Of a stretch of DNA of 64,000 bases, positions 9,512 through 17,768 are shown in pieces. The translations under genes and the position numbers were made by a program. The DNA is from a virus. Under the pieces are notes generated by a model. That model was given only the letters and a program-made list of their open reading frames with translations, made no database searches and was not told where the DNA came from. Every line of letters begins with the position of its first letter. Position 1 is the stretch's first letter. The stretch is taken from positions 1 to 64,000 of IMG/VR virus record IMGVR_UViG_3300036770_001342; one strand, given 5' to 3'.

Positions 9512-10805
9512 ATAAGGCCCACGACCCGAACGGGGGATTCGGGTTAGGATCACCGTGAATGATCCATGTCGTATCACAATAGTTCTCATCACCCCAACTA
9601 CCATAAGGGTAACCGTCTGTGAATACAATCAGTCTTGTGGGCACTCGACCTTGTTCTTTGAGATGATCAAAGATACAAGTGAAGTCAGTACCACCACCGC
9701 CCATCAATTGATAGCCTTCGATAGTATCGAGGTTCTCGCTAGTAAAAGTTTGCGGGTTGTACACTTCAGTATCAAAGCAAGCAACGTTGACACGATAACC
9801 ATCGAACGCACTCATCATGCCAGCAACTTCAGTCAAGAATGCCTTGCCCTGAGCATCGCTAATCGAACCCGACAAGTCGATGAAAACATCAACATCAATT
9901 TCTTCGCCGGGAGTCATACCAGGCATAACAGCATCCATATGCCAACCGCGACGACTGGGCTTGATCCAACTAAAGTCAGTCTTGATCGCGCTAGTAAGAT
10001 TAGTCTGAATCAACTCACGCCAGGGCATGACAGGGTTAGTCATATCTTTGATAAGACGTTCAACACCTGCGGGCAGACTACCTGCTTCAGCACTCTGAGC
10101 AGCATTGATTACAGCCTGTTTGATTTCTTGCTTGAGAGCCTCACGCTCTTCAGGTGTCATAGGTGCGGGACGCTTGCCCTTAGACTTCTTGTTTCCACCT
10201 TCACCCTCACCGTCGCCCTCACCATCGTCACCTTCACCGTCACCGTCCATATGCTCGTCGAGCAATTGTTCAATGAGTTGGTCCAGTGTTATGGGCTGTA
10301 CATTCTTCATCAAGTCATCATAGATTTCTTCACTTGATTTACCGTCATACTTTTGTTCGTACAATGCAGGGACGCTAGTAATAAACTGACCTACTTTGTG
10401 ACGCTTCAAATCAGCATTCACCGCATAGTCATTTGCGATATTGAAAATTTGCGGGTCACGTTCACCACGACGACCCATGTGATCATAGACAACGTGAAGC
10501 ACCTCATGCGCAACCAAAAATTCAACTTCTTTGGCCTTGAGTAGCATAATAAATTTTGAATTGTAGTAAAACTTACGACCGTCAGTCGCAGCAGTACCGC
10601 ACCATTCATCAGCATTGATTAGTTGAAGTCTAGTAGCGAGATTACCGAAAAACGAATGACGTAGCAACAGACCAATACGTGCCGTCACCAAACGTTCACG
10701 TGCCTGCGCATCAATTTTTGGGTCAGTAGGCCCGATAAGATTGTCAAACTTTTTATTACGTTTTGACTTCTTCTTACCTTTAGTACCGGGGATAACGTCA
10801 CTCAT
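9489..10805 (-). CDS. Metallopeptidase-like / vWA domain protein (DUF2201-type)
   Basis: TAATDG, HEVLH (HExxH), NIANDYAVN, acidic Gly linker, MIDAS DLSGS, GGGGTDF, FTDG. Confidence 0.9.
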   Translation of the reverse strand: MSDVIPGTKGKKKSKRNKKFDNLIGPTDPKIDAQARERLVTARIGLLLRHSFFGNLATRLQLINADEWCGTAATDGRKFYYNSKFIMLLKAKEVEFLVAHEVLHVVYDHMGRRGERDPQIFNIANDYAVNADLKRHKVGQFITSVPALYEQKYDGKSSEEIYDDLMKNVQPITLDQLIEQLLDEHMDGDGEGDDGEGDGEGEGGNKKSKGKRPAPMTPEEREALKQEIKQAVINAAQSAEAGSLPAGVERLIKDMTNPVMPWRELIQTNLTSAIKTDFSWIKPSRRGWHMDAVMPGMTPGEEIDVDVFIDLSGSISDAQGKAFLTEVAGMMSAFDGYRVNVACFDTEVYNPQTFTSENLDTIEGYQLMGGGGTDFTCIFDHLKEQGRVPTRLIVFTDGYPYGSWGDENYCDTTWIIHGDPNPNPPFGSWALYDDHKKH

Positions 10806-10834
10806 ACATAAACTCCGTTAGTCAATATGTATAT

Positions 10835-10863
10835 ATTATAAGATAAGTGAGAGTCAATGTCAA
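10835..10863 (-). promoter_or_regulatory. Consensus sigma70 promoter for the vWA gene
   Basis: TTGACA(10863-10858)-17 nt-TATAAT(10840-10835). Confidence 0.9.
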
Positions 10864-10871
10864 GAGAAAGC

Positions 10872-10922
10872 CCATGATGCTCAAACCCTAGACTCTCACG
10901 TATTCGGGCTTGAGCACCATGG
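10872..10922 (-). promoter_or_regulatory. Long stem-loop in the 3' UTR of the AAA ATPase gene
   Basis: CCATG-G-TGCTCAA-G-CCC / GGG-T-TTGAGCA-T-CATGG with a 17-nt loop containing GTGAGAGTCT. Confidence 0.7.
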
Positions 10923-10935
10923 ACCATAACGGACC

Positions 10936-12030
10936 TTAGTTACCAGCCTCGACGATGTACTTACCGTACTTTTTGTGAAAATCGTCAAAGTTTTTCAACT
11001 GACTAGGTTCGATGGGCAACTTGAAAGTTTTGAGTGCGACTTTAGCACCCATAACAACAAGTTCAGTTTCAAAGTTATTCATCATATAACTAAAGAAATT
11101 GTCACACATACCATGAAACTTCTTCATATCAACACGATTTTCAACAGCATCACGCAATTCGTAACACATTGAAGTAGTCAACGAATACATTGCCGAAATT
11201 TCTTTGACGTTGAGGTCCTTGACCTTGCCCGATAAAATATCACTGGGGTTAGGCATCTTGCTAGACACTTTACGATGCGCCATAAACTTGACTGCAAGAC
11301 CCTCACCGATAGCACCTGCTACAAGATTGAACAGTGTATCGTTATCTGTGTCTGCCTCATCGTCAAGCAATTGCGAAACGAATGTCCAACTACGCGGGGT
11401 AGCGAATGCGCGACTAGACGATTTGTTGTCAAAGTCATACAAGTCATTCTTAGCGAACGACAAGTAACCAACAACGTCAGTATGAATACCTGCATTCACA
11501 GCCCAGTTCTGCCATGAAGCAAAGTCTGCCCGCATTTCAAGATGCAAGAAACGATTTGCGAGGGGCATGGGCATACGATACGTGACACCTTTATCACTTT
11601 CACGATTGCCTGCTGCGACGATAACAACGTTATCGGGCAGTACATATTTACCTACGCGACGATTGAGCACCAATTGATAACCTGCTGCTTGTACAGCGGG
11701 CGGTGCACTGTTCATCTCGTCAAGAAAAAGTACAATGACGGGATATTGACTTGCGAGTTCAGTATCAGGTAGATCGACTGGGGGTGCCCAATCCATGCGA
11801 CCGTTATCTTTGTTGTAGTATGGGATACCGCGCAAGTCAGTAGGCTCCATCTGCGCCATACGCAGATCAATCATCAACCCGCCTAGTTCGTTCGTAATTT
11901 CTTGAACGACCTCACTCTTGCCGATACCGGGAGGACCCCAAAGAAATACAGGGCGTTTTGCCTTGAATGCTTTGTGAATCGCTTTACGCGCTTGCGTACT
12001 AGTAACAGTAAAATTATCAGAAATAGCCAT
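10936..12030 (-). CDS. MoxR/dynein-related AAA+ ATPase
   Basis: Walker A GPPGIGKS, Walker B LFLDE, AAGN sensor, LANRF, TPRSW; adjacent to vWA partner. Confidence 0.92.
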   Translation of the reverse strand: MAISDNFTVTSTQARKAIHKAFKAKRPVFLWGPPGIGKSEVVQEITNELGGLMIDLRMAQMEPTDLRGIPYYNKDNGRMDWAPPVDLPDTELASQYPVIVLFLDEMNSAPPAVQAAGYQLVLNRRVGKYVLPDNVVIVAAGNRESDKGVTYRMPMPLANRFLHLEMRADFASWQNWAVNAGIHTDVVGYLSFAKNDLYDFDNKSSSRAFATPRSWTFVSQLLDDEADTDNDTLFNLVAGAIGEGLAVKFMAHRKVSSKMPNPSDILSGKVKDLNVKEISAMYSLTTSMCYELRDAVENRVDMKKFHGMCDNFFSYMMNNFETELVVMGAKVALKTFKLPIEPSQLKNFDDFHKKYGKYIVEAGN

Positions 12031-12061
12031 GTGAGAGTCTCCTATAAGTTAGTGTTTTGAT

Positions 12062-12090
12062 ATCATAGTTGATATCGAAACTATTGTCAA
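12062..12090 (-). promoter_or_regulatory. Sigma70-type promoter for the AAA ATPase
   Basis: TTGACA-17 nt-TATGAT. Confidence 0.85.
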
Positions 12091-12350
12091 GCCCTGAATC
12101 GCTCATAACCACGAATCGGGCTAAAACGATAAGGAAGATTTTTTTCCTGAATCGTATAATCCATATTGAAGTTACGCAAAGTGTTGATGAGAGTAGCGAG
12201 GTCTAAGTCTTCCTCAAGATATACCGTACCACCCTTTTGATAAGAATACTCGGTGATGCGATCAGTAATTCCCAACTGATCAAGCACCTTGCGCTTGACA
12301 GCACCCCAAGCGTGACCAGGATCACTGTACACTTTGATTTTGATAGTCAT
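12087..12350 (-). CDS. Hypothetical early phage protein (DPGHAW...YLEED motif); start moved to MTIKIK
   Basis: AGGA RBS before ATG at 12350. Confidence 0.75.
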   Translation of the reverse strand: MTIKIKVYSDPGHAWGAVKRKVLDQLGITDRITEYSYQKGGTVYLEEDLDLATLINTLRNFNMDYTIQEKNLPYRFSPIRGYERFRA

Positions 12351-12366
12351 TATAATATGTCCTATA

Positions 12367-12540
12367 TTAGAGTGGGGCGAAAAATTCTCGACCAGCAGCC
12401 ATGAATACATGATATGCTTGACGGATAACAGAAGTATACTCTTCTGGGTAAAGACGTACCTCACCTAAAAAGTCAAGCATGGGAAGACCCTCGATTTCAG
12501 CAGCGTCTCCAAGAATCTTACAGGCTTCGCTAGTAGTCAT
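12367..12540 (-). CDS. 57-aa hypothetical early protein (not in ORF track)
   Basis: MTTSEACKILGDAAEIEGLPMLDFLGEVRLYPEEYTSVIRQAYHVFMAAGREFFAPL; AGGAG RBS; sigma70 promoter directly upstream. Confidence 0.75.
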   Translation of the reverse strand: MTTSEACKILGDAAEIEGLPMLDFLGEVRLYPEEYTSVIRQAYHVFMAAGREFFAPL

Positions 12541-12569
12541 ATCAATCTCCTAAACTCGACTATAGATAT

Positions 12570-12598
12570 AGTATAGTGGAATACGGACCCAAAGTCAA
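12570..12598 (-). promoter_or_regulatory. Sigma70-type promoter
   Basis: TTGACT-17 nt-TATACT. Confidence 0.8.
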
Positions 12599-12641
12599 GC
12601 CTTTTCTGAGGTTTCGTAAGTTATTGATTCTATTAGGGTTT

Positions 12642-12974
12642 TTACTGGGTAAGACGCAGAATTAATAGCATTTTTTCGACATAATCGATGGCCTGGGCTA
12701 ATTCTCTACGGGGTTTATCTGCTAGATAGGGCTTGTGTAATTGTCTAGCACGAACCTCAGCACTACCTAACACACCTACAAGTGTCTCGGCGTTTTTGAT
12801 AAGTTTGCGAAGGTCTTTATTATAGTGTAGTTGGCGTGCTTGATAATTGATATCGTCAAGAATCTTGCTTGCCTCAAGGGCTGTTGTGAATTTTATCTCA
12901 CTCAAGTCCCATGTCCTTGCGGATTTTGGTTGCGCTGATTGAATGTATTGCATCGTCAAAAACCTCTTGCTCAA
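12642..12974 (-). CDS. Hypothetical helical protein (true start may be TTG at 12905)
   Basis: ORF track; 5' part overlaps the upstream gene. Confidence 0.6.
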   Translation of the reverse strand: MSKRFLTMQYIQSAQPKSARTWDLSEIKFTTALEASKILDDINYQARQLHYNKDLRKLIKNAETLVGVLGSAEVRARQLHKPYLADKPRRELAQAIDYVEKMLLILRLTQ

Positions 12975-13689
12975 TCTTGTAACCTACATCACGCCCATAT
13001 GTGATGTTCACGATATTTGGAACGACAACGATTTCATATTGACCTTGATACTTTGGATCTAAGTCTCTACGAATATACTCTTTTACCTGTTCAATAGCAA
13101 ATGGGTTTGACCCATTCCAACCTTGGCAATCACGGATCATGATACAGACTTGACCCGTTTTAGCCAAAGCACGTTCAAACAATGCACGATGTCCTGGATG
13201 CCATGGTTGCCAGCGACCCAACATCTGTACTGTTTCTTTCTGCCAATCAAATACAGGTCTGCGTTTATTTTTTAAAATATAATTTGCTACAAAAGGTACC
13301 CAAACTTCAGCATTCTGTTCTGTAATACGGAAATCGTATTCTTTAGGTGGAACAAATAATTTGTTGGTATCTTCAAAACGACCACGTTCTATAGTATCTA
13401 TCCATATGGTCCAATCTGCTTTATAATTATTGCGCATCTCTACTAAAGGAGCAACAAAGTCACAAATAACATAATCACATTCAGACATTTCGGCTAGATC
13501 ATACATTCTATGTGATTGTCTAATTCGACCTTCATGACTAAAATCCCAATCGTTGAATTGCTTACGTATATCATCAGCATTATACCAATCTACAGTTACA
13601 CCTATAATTGATTCTAATTCTTGTTTAAGTTTATTAGCAAAATAAGTCTTACCGCTTCCTGGTAGACCCATAATTAAAATTTTCTTCAT
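12898..13689 (-). CDS. Adenylyl-sulfate kinase-like domain fused to a cytidylyltransferase-like (HxGH) domain
   Basis: GLPGSGKT P-loop, ADDIR..DWDFSHEGRIRQ, CDFVAP; C-terminal GRWQPWHPGH. Confidence 0.8.
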   Translation of the reverse strand: MKKILIMGLPGSGKTYFANKLKQELESIIGVTVDWYNADDIRKQFNDWDFSHEGRIRQSHRMYDLAEMSECDYVICDFVAPLVEMRNNYKADWTIWIDTIERGRFEDTNKLFVPPKEYDFRITEQNAEVWVPFVANYILKNKRRPVFDWQKETVQMLGRWQPWHPGHRALFERALAKTGQVCIMIRDCQGWNGSNPFAIEQVKEYIRRDLDPKYQGQYEIVVVPNIVNITYGRDVGYKIEQEVFDDAIHSISATKIRKDMGLE

Positions 13690-14960
13690 TTAAATTTACC
13701 ATTAGGATTTGCAGTTGGAGGAATACCTGCTCTGCTAGTTTTGAATCCAAACGCTTTAGCATTCTTTACTATACTGTCAGGCTTCACATCTATAGTTAGT
13801 GCAGTTTTGAAACGTGGATCATTTTTTTGTTTTTCGCTTGGAATGTAACCGCTGGCTTCTACCACGCTTCGCTCTTCTATATGAAATACTCTTCTTGCTT
13901 TATCGCTAAGATCACTGGGTTTTATAAGTTTAGCAGGTATTGTTTTTGCTTGTGATTTTATTGCTTTATGTAATCTATGGTTGCCATCAAGTATCCAGTC
14001 TATTTGACCTTGCCCGTCCAACATAACTAAAATAGGAAACTGATTAGATACTGTTACTTGATTGATCCTTTCTATTTCTTCTGGGTTTCCGTCCCAATGA
14101 AGTAGTTTACTCTTCAGATTGTCATTTATCGGAAGATCAATTTGTTTGATATGTTTGGTCAGTTCTAAGATATCCTGCAGTGTAATTTTTTCATTACCGT
14201 CTGACCAACTTGTTTCGGCTCCACCTTCTGCTACACCGTTTGGATCATAATCTTCTAAACTTAATTTTTTACTATGCAGTTCTTGCTTTTTATCCCATAG
14301 TTGTTGTATGTAACCTTGTTTACGTAATGCTTTAAACGCTAGATTTTCAGGCCCAAACTCGCCGGTTTTAGTAAGTCCGGCTTTGCGATATCTTTTTATA
14401 ATGTCTAGAACATTTTCAATATCTTCTAAACTTTCTGATTGTATTGCTAATTCTATTAATTGACCCAATTTTTCATATTTGGCTCTAGTATTAGCCTGAT
14501 CAAAGTTTGCTCTTTTCTTAACTGGAAATTTAATCCAATCTTTATTCAGTAAACTATATTCTCCAAGACTAATATGAGGTTGATTACTATCTTGTACATA
14601 TAATTCTACAGGTACACCATTAACTGTGATATCATGTGATTTGTTATATTCGTTCTTTTTGGCATTAAAGAGTTCTTGATAGACCTCATTATTTGGAAGT
14701 TTGCTAAAATCAACAAGAATGTGTAAATCTAAATCGCTGTGGGGTGTATAACTATATGCTGCATTACTACCACTGATAGTAATATCCTCAACGTTTAGTC
14801 CGGATAAACCTAATTCAGTTATAAAATCTTTTGCTATGATTGCTAGAGCATTGTAAACATCATTATGTAAATCTTGACCGGACCATAATTTAGGGTTTAA
14901 TTCATTATGAAATTTAACCGCGTCAGAAAGTTTAAATGACTCTAATTCTTTAATGTCCAT
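13686..14960 (-). CDS. Pol-beta-superfamily nucleotidyltransferase with an inserted ParB/Srx-like module (start moved to MDIKEL)
   Basis: ISGSNA..SDLDLH, VELYVQD; FPILV..ILDGNHRLHKA; the track's longer N-terminus overlaps the tmRNA 3' hairpin; TATAAATA 5 nt upstream of this ATG. Confidence 0.8.
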   Translation of the reverse strand: MDIKELESFKLSDAVKFHNELNPKLWSGQDLHNDVYNALAIIAKDFITELGLSGLNVEDITISGSNAAYSYTPHSDLDLHILVDFSKLPNNEVYQELFNAKKNEYNKSHDITVNGVPVELYVQDSNQPHISLGEYSLLNKDWIKFPVKKRANFDQANTRAKYEKLGQLIELAIQSESLEDIENVLDIIKRYRKAGLTKTGEFGPENLAFKALRKQGYIQQLWDKKQELHSKKLSLEDYDPNGVAEGGAETSWSDGNEKITLQDILELTKHIKQIDLPINDNLKSKLLHWDGNPEEIERINQVTVSNQFPILVMLDGQGQIDWILDGNHRLHKAIKSQAKTIPAKLIKPSDLSDKARRVFHIEERSVVEASGYIPSEKQKNDPRFKTALTIDVKPDSIVKNAKAFGFKTSRAGIPPTANPNGKFK

Positions 14961-14965
14961 ATGAG

Positions 14966-14973
14966 TATTTATA
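14966..14973 (-). promoter_or_regulatory. T4-type late promoter TATAAATA
   Basis: Exact match directly after the tmRNA 3' hairpin. Confidence 0.75.
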
Positions 14974-14975
14974 GA

Positions 14976-15001
14976 AGAATAGGGACCGAAGTCCCTATTC
15001 T
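14976..15001 (-). terminator. cUUCGg hairpin ending the tmRNA transcript
   Basis: AGAATAGGGAC-TTCG-GTCCCTATTCT, perfect 11-bp stem; weak U tract. Confidence 0.75.
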
Positions 15002-15346
15002 GACTATTGGGTATCAAGGTTGTCAACCCCGGCTTAGCCTCAAGCGGCTAGGCTGTAAACATCATCGTTTGCGGATGTTTGATTTACGCTAATTACGTTA
15101 GTCGTCTTTCGGACTGTCTGCTTGGGTACTACTTGCCCTGTCGAAACTGTTCATCCCCGTTGGATAGCCATCACGTACATTGCTGCAGAGGTGATGGGCG
15201 TTTGGTGGATTACCCCAACCTACTGATCTACTCCATTCACGCTCGGTGTAAAACAGATTGCGTGGTTCATCTTCTAATCTATTGGTGGAGATGGTGGGAT
15301 TCGCACCCACGTCCAGAACATTTTTCTCTTCGCTTCTTACAGTCAT
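15001..15346 (-). ncRNA. ssrA: Circularly permuted (two-piece) tmRNA: acceptor piece ~15346-15283, intervening segment 15282-15159, coding piece 15158-~15001; tag (A)ANDDVYSLAA* at 15072-15040
   Basis: GGGGATG pairs with CATCTCC-A-CCA including G3:U70; T arm GTGGG-TGCGAAT-CCCAC; CAGGGCA/TGTTCTG helix 2; the CCA end precedes the GGGG 5' end; second inter-piece helix TGACTGT/ATAGTCA; TAAATA at 15352-15357. Confidence 0.95.
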
Positions 15347-15361
15347 AAGAATATTTATTAT

Positions 15362-16483
15362 TTAAATTGCACTTATTGGAATATTCTTTTTAATTGTTTG
15401 TAATTTCGTATATGTTTGTATAATTGATTCATCCAATATTATTCCAGTTTCATCATAATGTTTAAAGATTTTTTGTATTATATCCGGAGTATGACGATTT
15501 GAATATACTAGATCATAAAATTTTTCTCTATTATGCAATATTTTCAATGTTAAACTATTGTTATATTTTTTTAAATCGTGCAATGGAGTATCTGTAATTT
15601 TTTTAACTTCAAGGGCTATCATTTCAAATCTTTTTTCAACATCACTAATTTTGTCAAACGAATAATCAAAAATTTCATCATATAATTTAAAACCCATTGA
15701 TTGCAAAATTTTGTGTATTCCCTGACATCCTGCAATCAAAAACGGTTTGCCAACAATAATAGGCATAAATGTTTTTTCTGTAAAGAATGGAAGATTGATG
15801 GTAGATTCTGATACTAATTGAAAAAATGATTCGTAGAACTCTTTAGGCACATAGCATTGATCTTTTACCGTAGTATATCTATTGTCTAATGTTTTAGTCG
15901 CTCCATCATAATACTTAAACTCATATGAATTAGGTATGACTCCGGCGTCATTAGTATTATGCCAAGAATAAGCCGAATAATTCAACAAATCATGTTTACT
16001 TAATGAATCAATTAATAATTTCCTCCACATATGGGGTCTATTGTTAAGATATAAAAAGTGGTATGTGTTTTGATGGTCGTTTAAATTCTGTATTAGTAGT
16101 TTTTTAAGAGTAACATTTCGATATTGTAATTTAACTTCGTCGCATGTCCACCAAAAACTTGCGCCGGCAATACCTGCAGGCCAATTAATTACTTCTACAT
16201 TATCAGGTAATATATCAAAATCATAATCAAATTTTAAAAATTTATCATTTTTTCTAAAATCATATATGCAACCAACTATTATGTAAACTTTTATATTTTT
16301 TGATTTACTTATTTTTAAAATTTCTTCATAGTTGACTATGTTATAGAATTGCCATTCTAAATGACAAAATATTATGATACCTTCATAATCATTATCACGC
16401 AACTTTTGTAAGTCTGCGCTATTAGGAGAATTCCATATATTTGTGGTCCAGTAATTCATATTAAAATTCAAACAATAAATCAC
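15362..16483 (-). CDS. Putative glycosyltransferase-like protein; paralog of 27982..29085
   Basis: FLYLNNRPH..R, LVSES..FFTEKT..PI..KPF, GFKLYDEIFDYSFD. Confidence 0.55.
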   Translation of the reverse strand: MIYCLNFNMNYWTTNIWNSPNSADLQKLRDNDYEGIIIFCHLEWQFYNIVNYEEILKISKSKNIKVYIIVGCIYDFRKNDKFLKFDYDFDILPDNVEVINWPAGIAGASFWWTCDEVKLQYRNVTLKKLLIQNLNDHQNTYHFLYLNNRPHMWRKLLIDSLSKHDLLNYSAYSWHNTNDAGVIPNSYEFKYYDGATKTLDNRYTTVKDQCYVPKEFYESFFQLVSESTINLPFFTEKTFMPIIVGKPFLIAGCQGIHKILQSMGFKLYDEIFDYSFDKISDVEKRFEMIALEVKKITDTPLHDLKKYNNSLTLKILHNREKFYDLVYSNRHTPDIIQKIFKHYDETGIILDESIIQTYTKLQTIKKNIPISAI

Positions 16484-17726
16484 TATTTAAGTAATTACTA
16501 TTATTTTTTCTAAAGACCCAGATTGGTTCAACAAATATACTGTTCTTATCTGCTTCAACAATGGCGTGTGGGCGAGCCTGCATACGCATACCGATCTTAC
16601 CTAGATAATGTGCGTTTGGATATGACAGTATATCATCAACCATATGGTCACATAGATTCAATCGCGTACCTTTAGCAATGCGTGGCTCAATAATATTAAT
16701 CATCATATACGCATTATCAGTTAATGTATCCCATATCATACGATTGACTTTGAAAAAGAAATCATGTTTCCAACTATCAAATGTAGTATATCTACTCCAA
16801 CTTTGATTAGTGCTATTGTTTGCGGCGTAACGTTCTGTCTCGTAGTAAGGGGGACTTGTAAAATAAAAGTCAAAAGTATTTTCAAACTTACTCCAATCAA
16901 CATCTTCGCTAGGAAGATTATAGATTATAACTTTTTTTGTACCTAATACGATAAAATGATCACCTTTATCTTGCAGCACAGCAGTATCACATCCCAATAT
17001 GTTTTCATATTCAAGACATTGGTCTTTATATGTTTCATAAACTTCAGGGTTAGGATCGCACCCTACATATAATTCTGTACCTTTAGTTGCATAAAATCCT
17101 GCCAATCTATCTCCCCAACCGCAACTTGTATCTAATACCTTACGTGCGTTATGCTTTTCGTAAAGTGCTTTTGCAACACTAGGCTTAAATTGCGTTGCTG
17201 TGTAGGTGCCGATACGGAATGCGCTACGAAATGTATTTTGGCATACGTCACTATTACCTAATGTTCCCAAACGCCAAAAATGCCAGTTCATATCATTGAG
17301 TAATGTACGACTATGCCATATATCGTAAGGACTGCTACACAAATTACTACCACACTTCATACGATTTAGTTGTTGGAAATAATTGCTCACACTATTATAT
17401 GTGTGTGATTTGTCAATTACTCCTAGTGGGTTGTCGCTGTATTTGTATTTGTAATCAGCACGTTCATGAACGTTGATGGGATATTTGTATTGATCCAGCA
17501 TACTAGTCTTAACAAAACGTTCAAATAACTTATACATTTCATCGTAACTAATTTCTTTGCTAGGAAATGGTAAATTATTTGATATGATATACTCAGTTAG
17601 ACTTTCTTTGATATCCTTCTTGGGGTATTGCTGTATGAAGGTTCGCCAATCACTGTTGGGAATATGTGGTATTCCGCGACTGTCTTTATGTTTATCAAGG
17701 TAATTTAGGATATTTGGATCTATCAT
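16461..17726 (-). CDS. DNA amino-methyltransferase (m4C/m6A)
   Basis: Motif I VLDTSCGWGDRL, YVGCDPN, motif IV FTSPPYY. Confidence 0.85.
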   Translation of the reverse strand: MIDPNILNYLDKHKDSRGIPHIPNSDWRTFIQQYPKKDIKESLTEYIISNNLPFPSKEISYDEMYKLFERFVKTSMLDQYKYPINVHERADYKYKYSDNPLGVIDKSHTYNSVSNYFQQLNRMKCGSNLCSSPYDIWHSRTLLNDMNWHFWRLGTLGNSDVCQNTFRSAFRIGTYTATQFKPSVAKALYEKHNARKVLDTSCGWGDRLAGFYATKGTELYVGCDPNPEVYETYKDQCLEYENILGCDTAVLQDKGDHFIVLGTKKVIIYNLPSEDVDWSKFENTFDFYFTSPPYYETERYAANNSTNQSWSRYTTFDSWKHDFFFKVNRMIWDTLTDNAYMMINIIEPRIAKGTRLNLCDHMVDDILSYPNAHYLGKIGMRMQARPHAIVEADKNSIFVEPIWVFRKNNSNYLNSDLLFEF

Positions 17727-17732
17727 CAAAAT

Positions 17733-17761
17733 ATGATAACAGTATTTTTGCCTGTTGTCAA
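17733..17761 (-). promoter_or_regulatory. Sigma70 promoter with extended -10 for the DNA MTase
   Basis: TTGACA-17 nt-TATCAT with TG before the -10; predicted +1 falls at the ATG (17726). Confidence 0.8.
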
Positions 17762-17768
17762 TAGAATT

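Noticed and set aside
9555-11772. Long + strand ORFs opposite the vWA and AAA genes
   Set aside because: Antisense shadows of well-supported genes
15079-15348. ORFs 15079..15348 (+) and 15098..15346 (-)
   Set aside because: They coincide with the tmRNA gene and show no protein features
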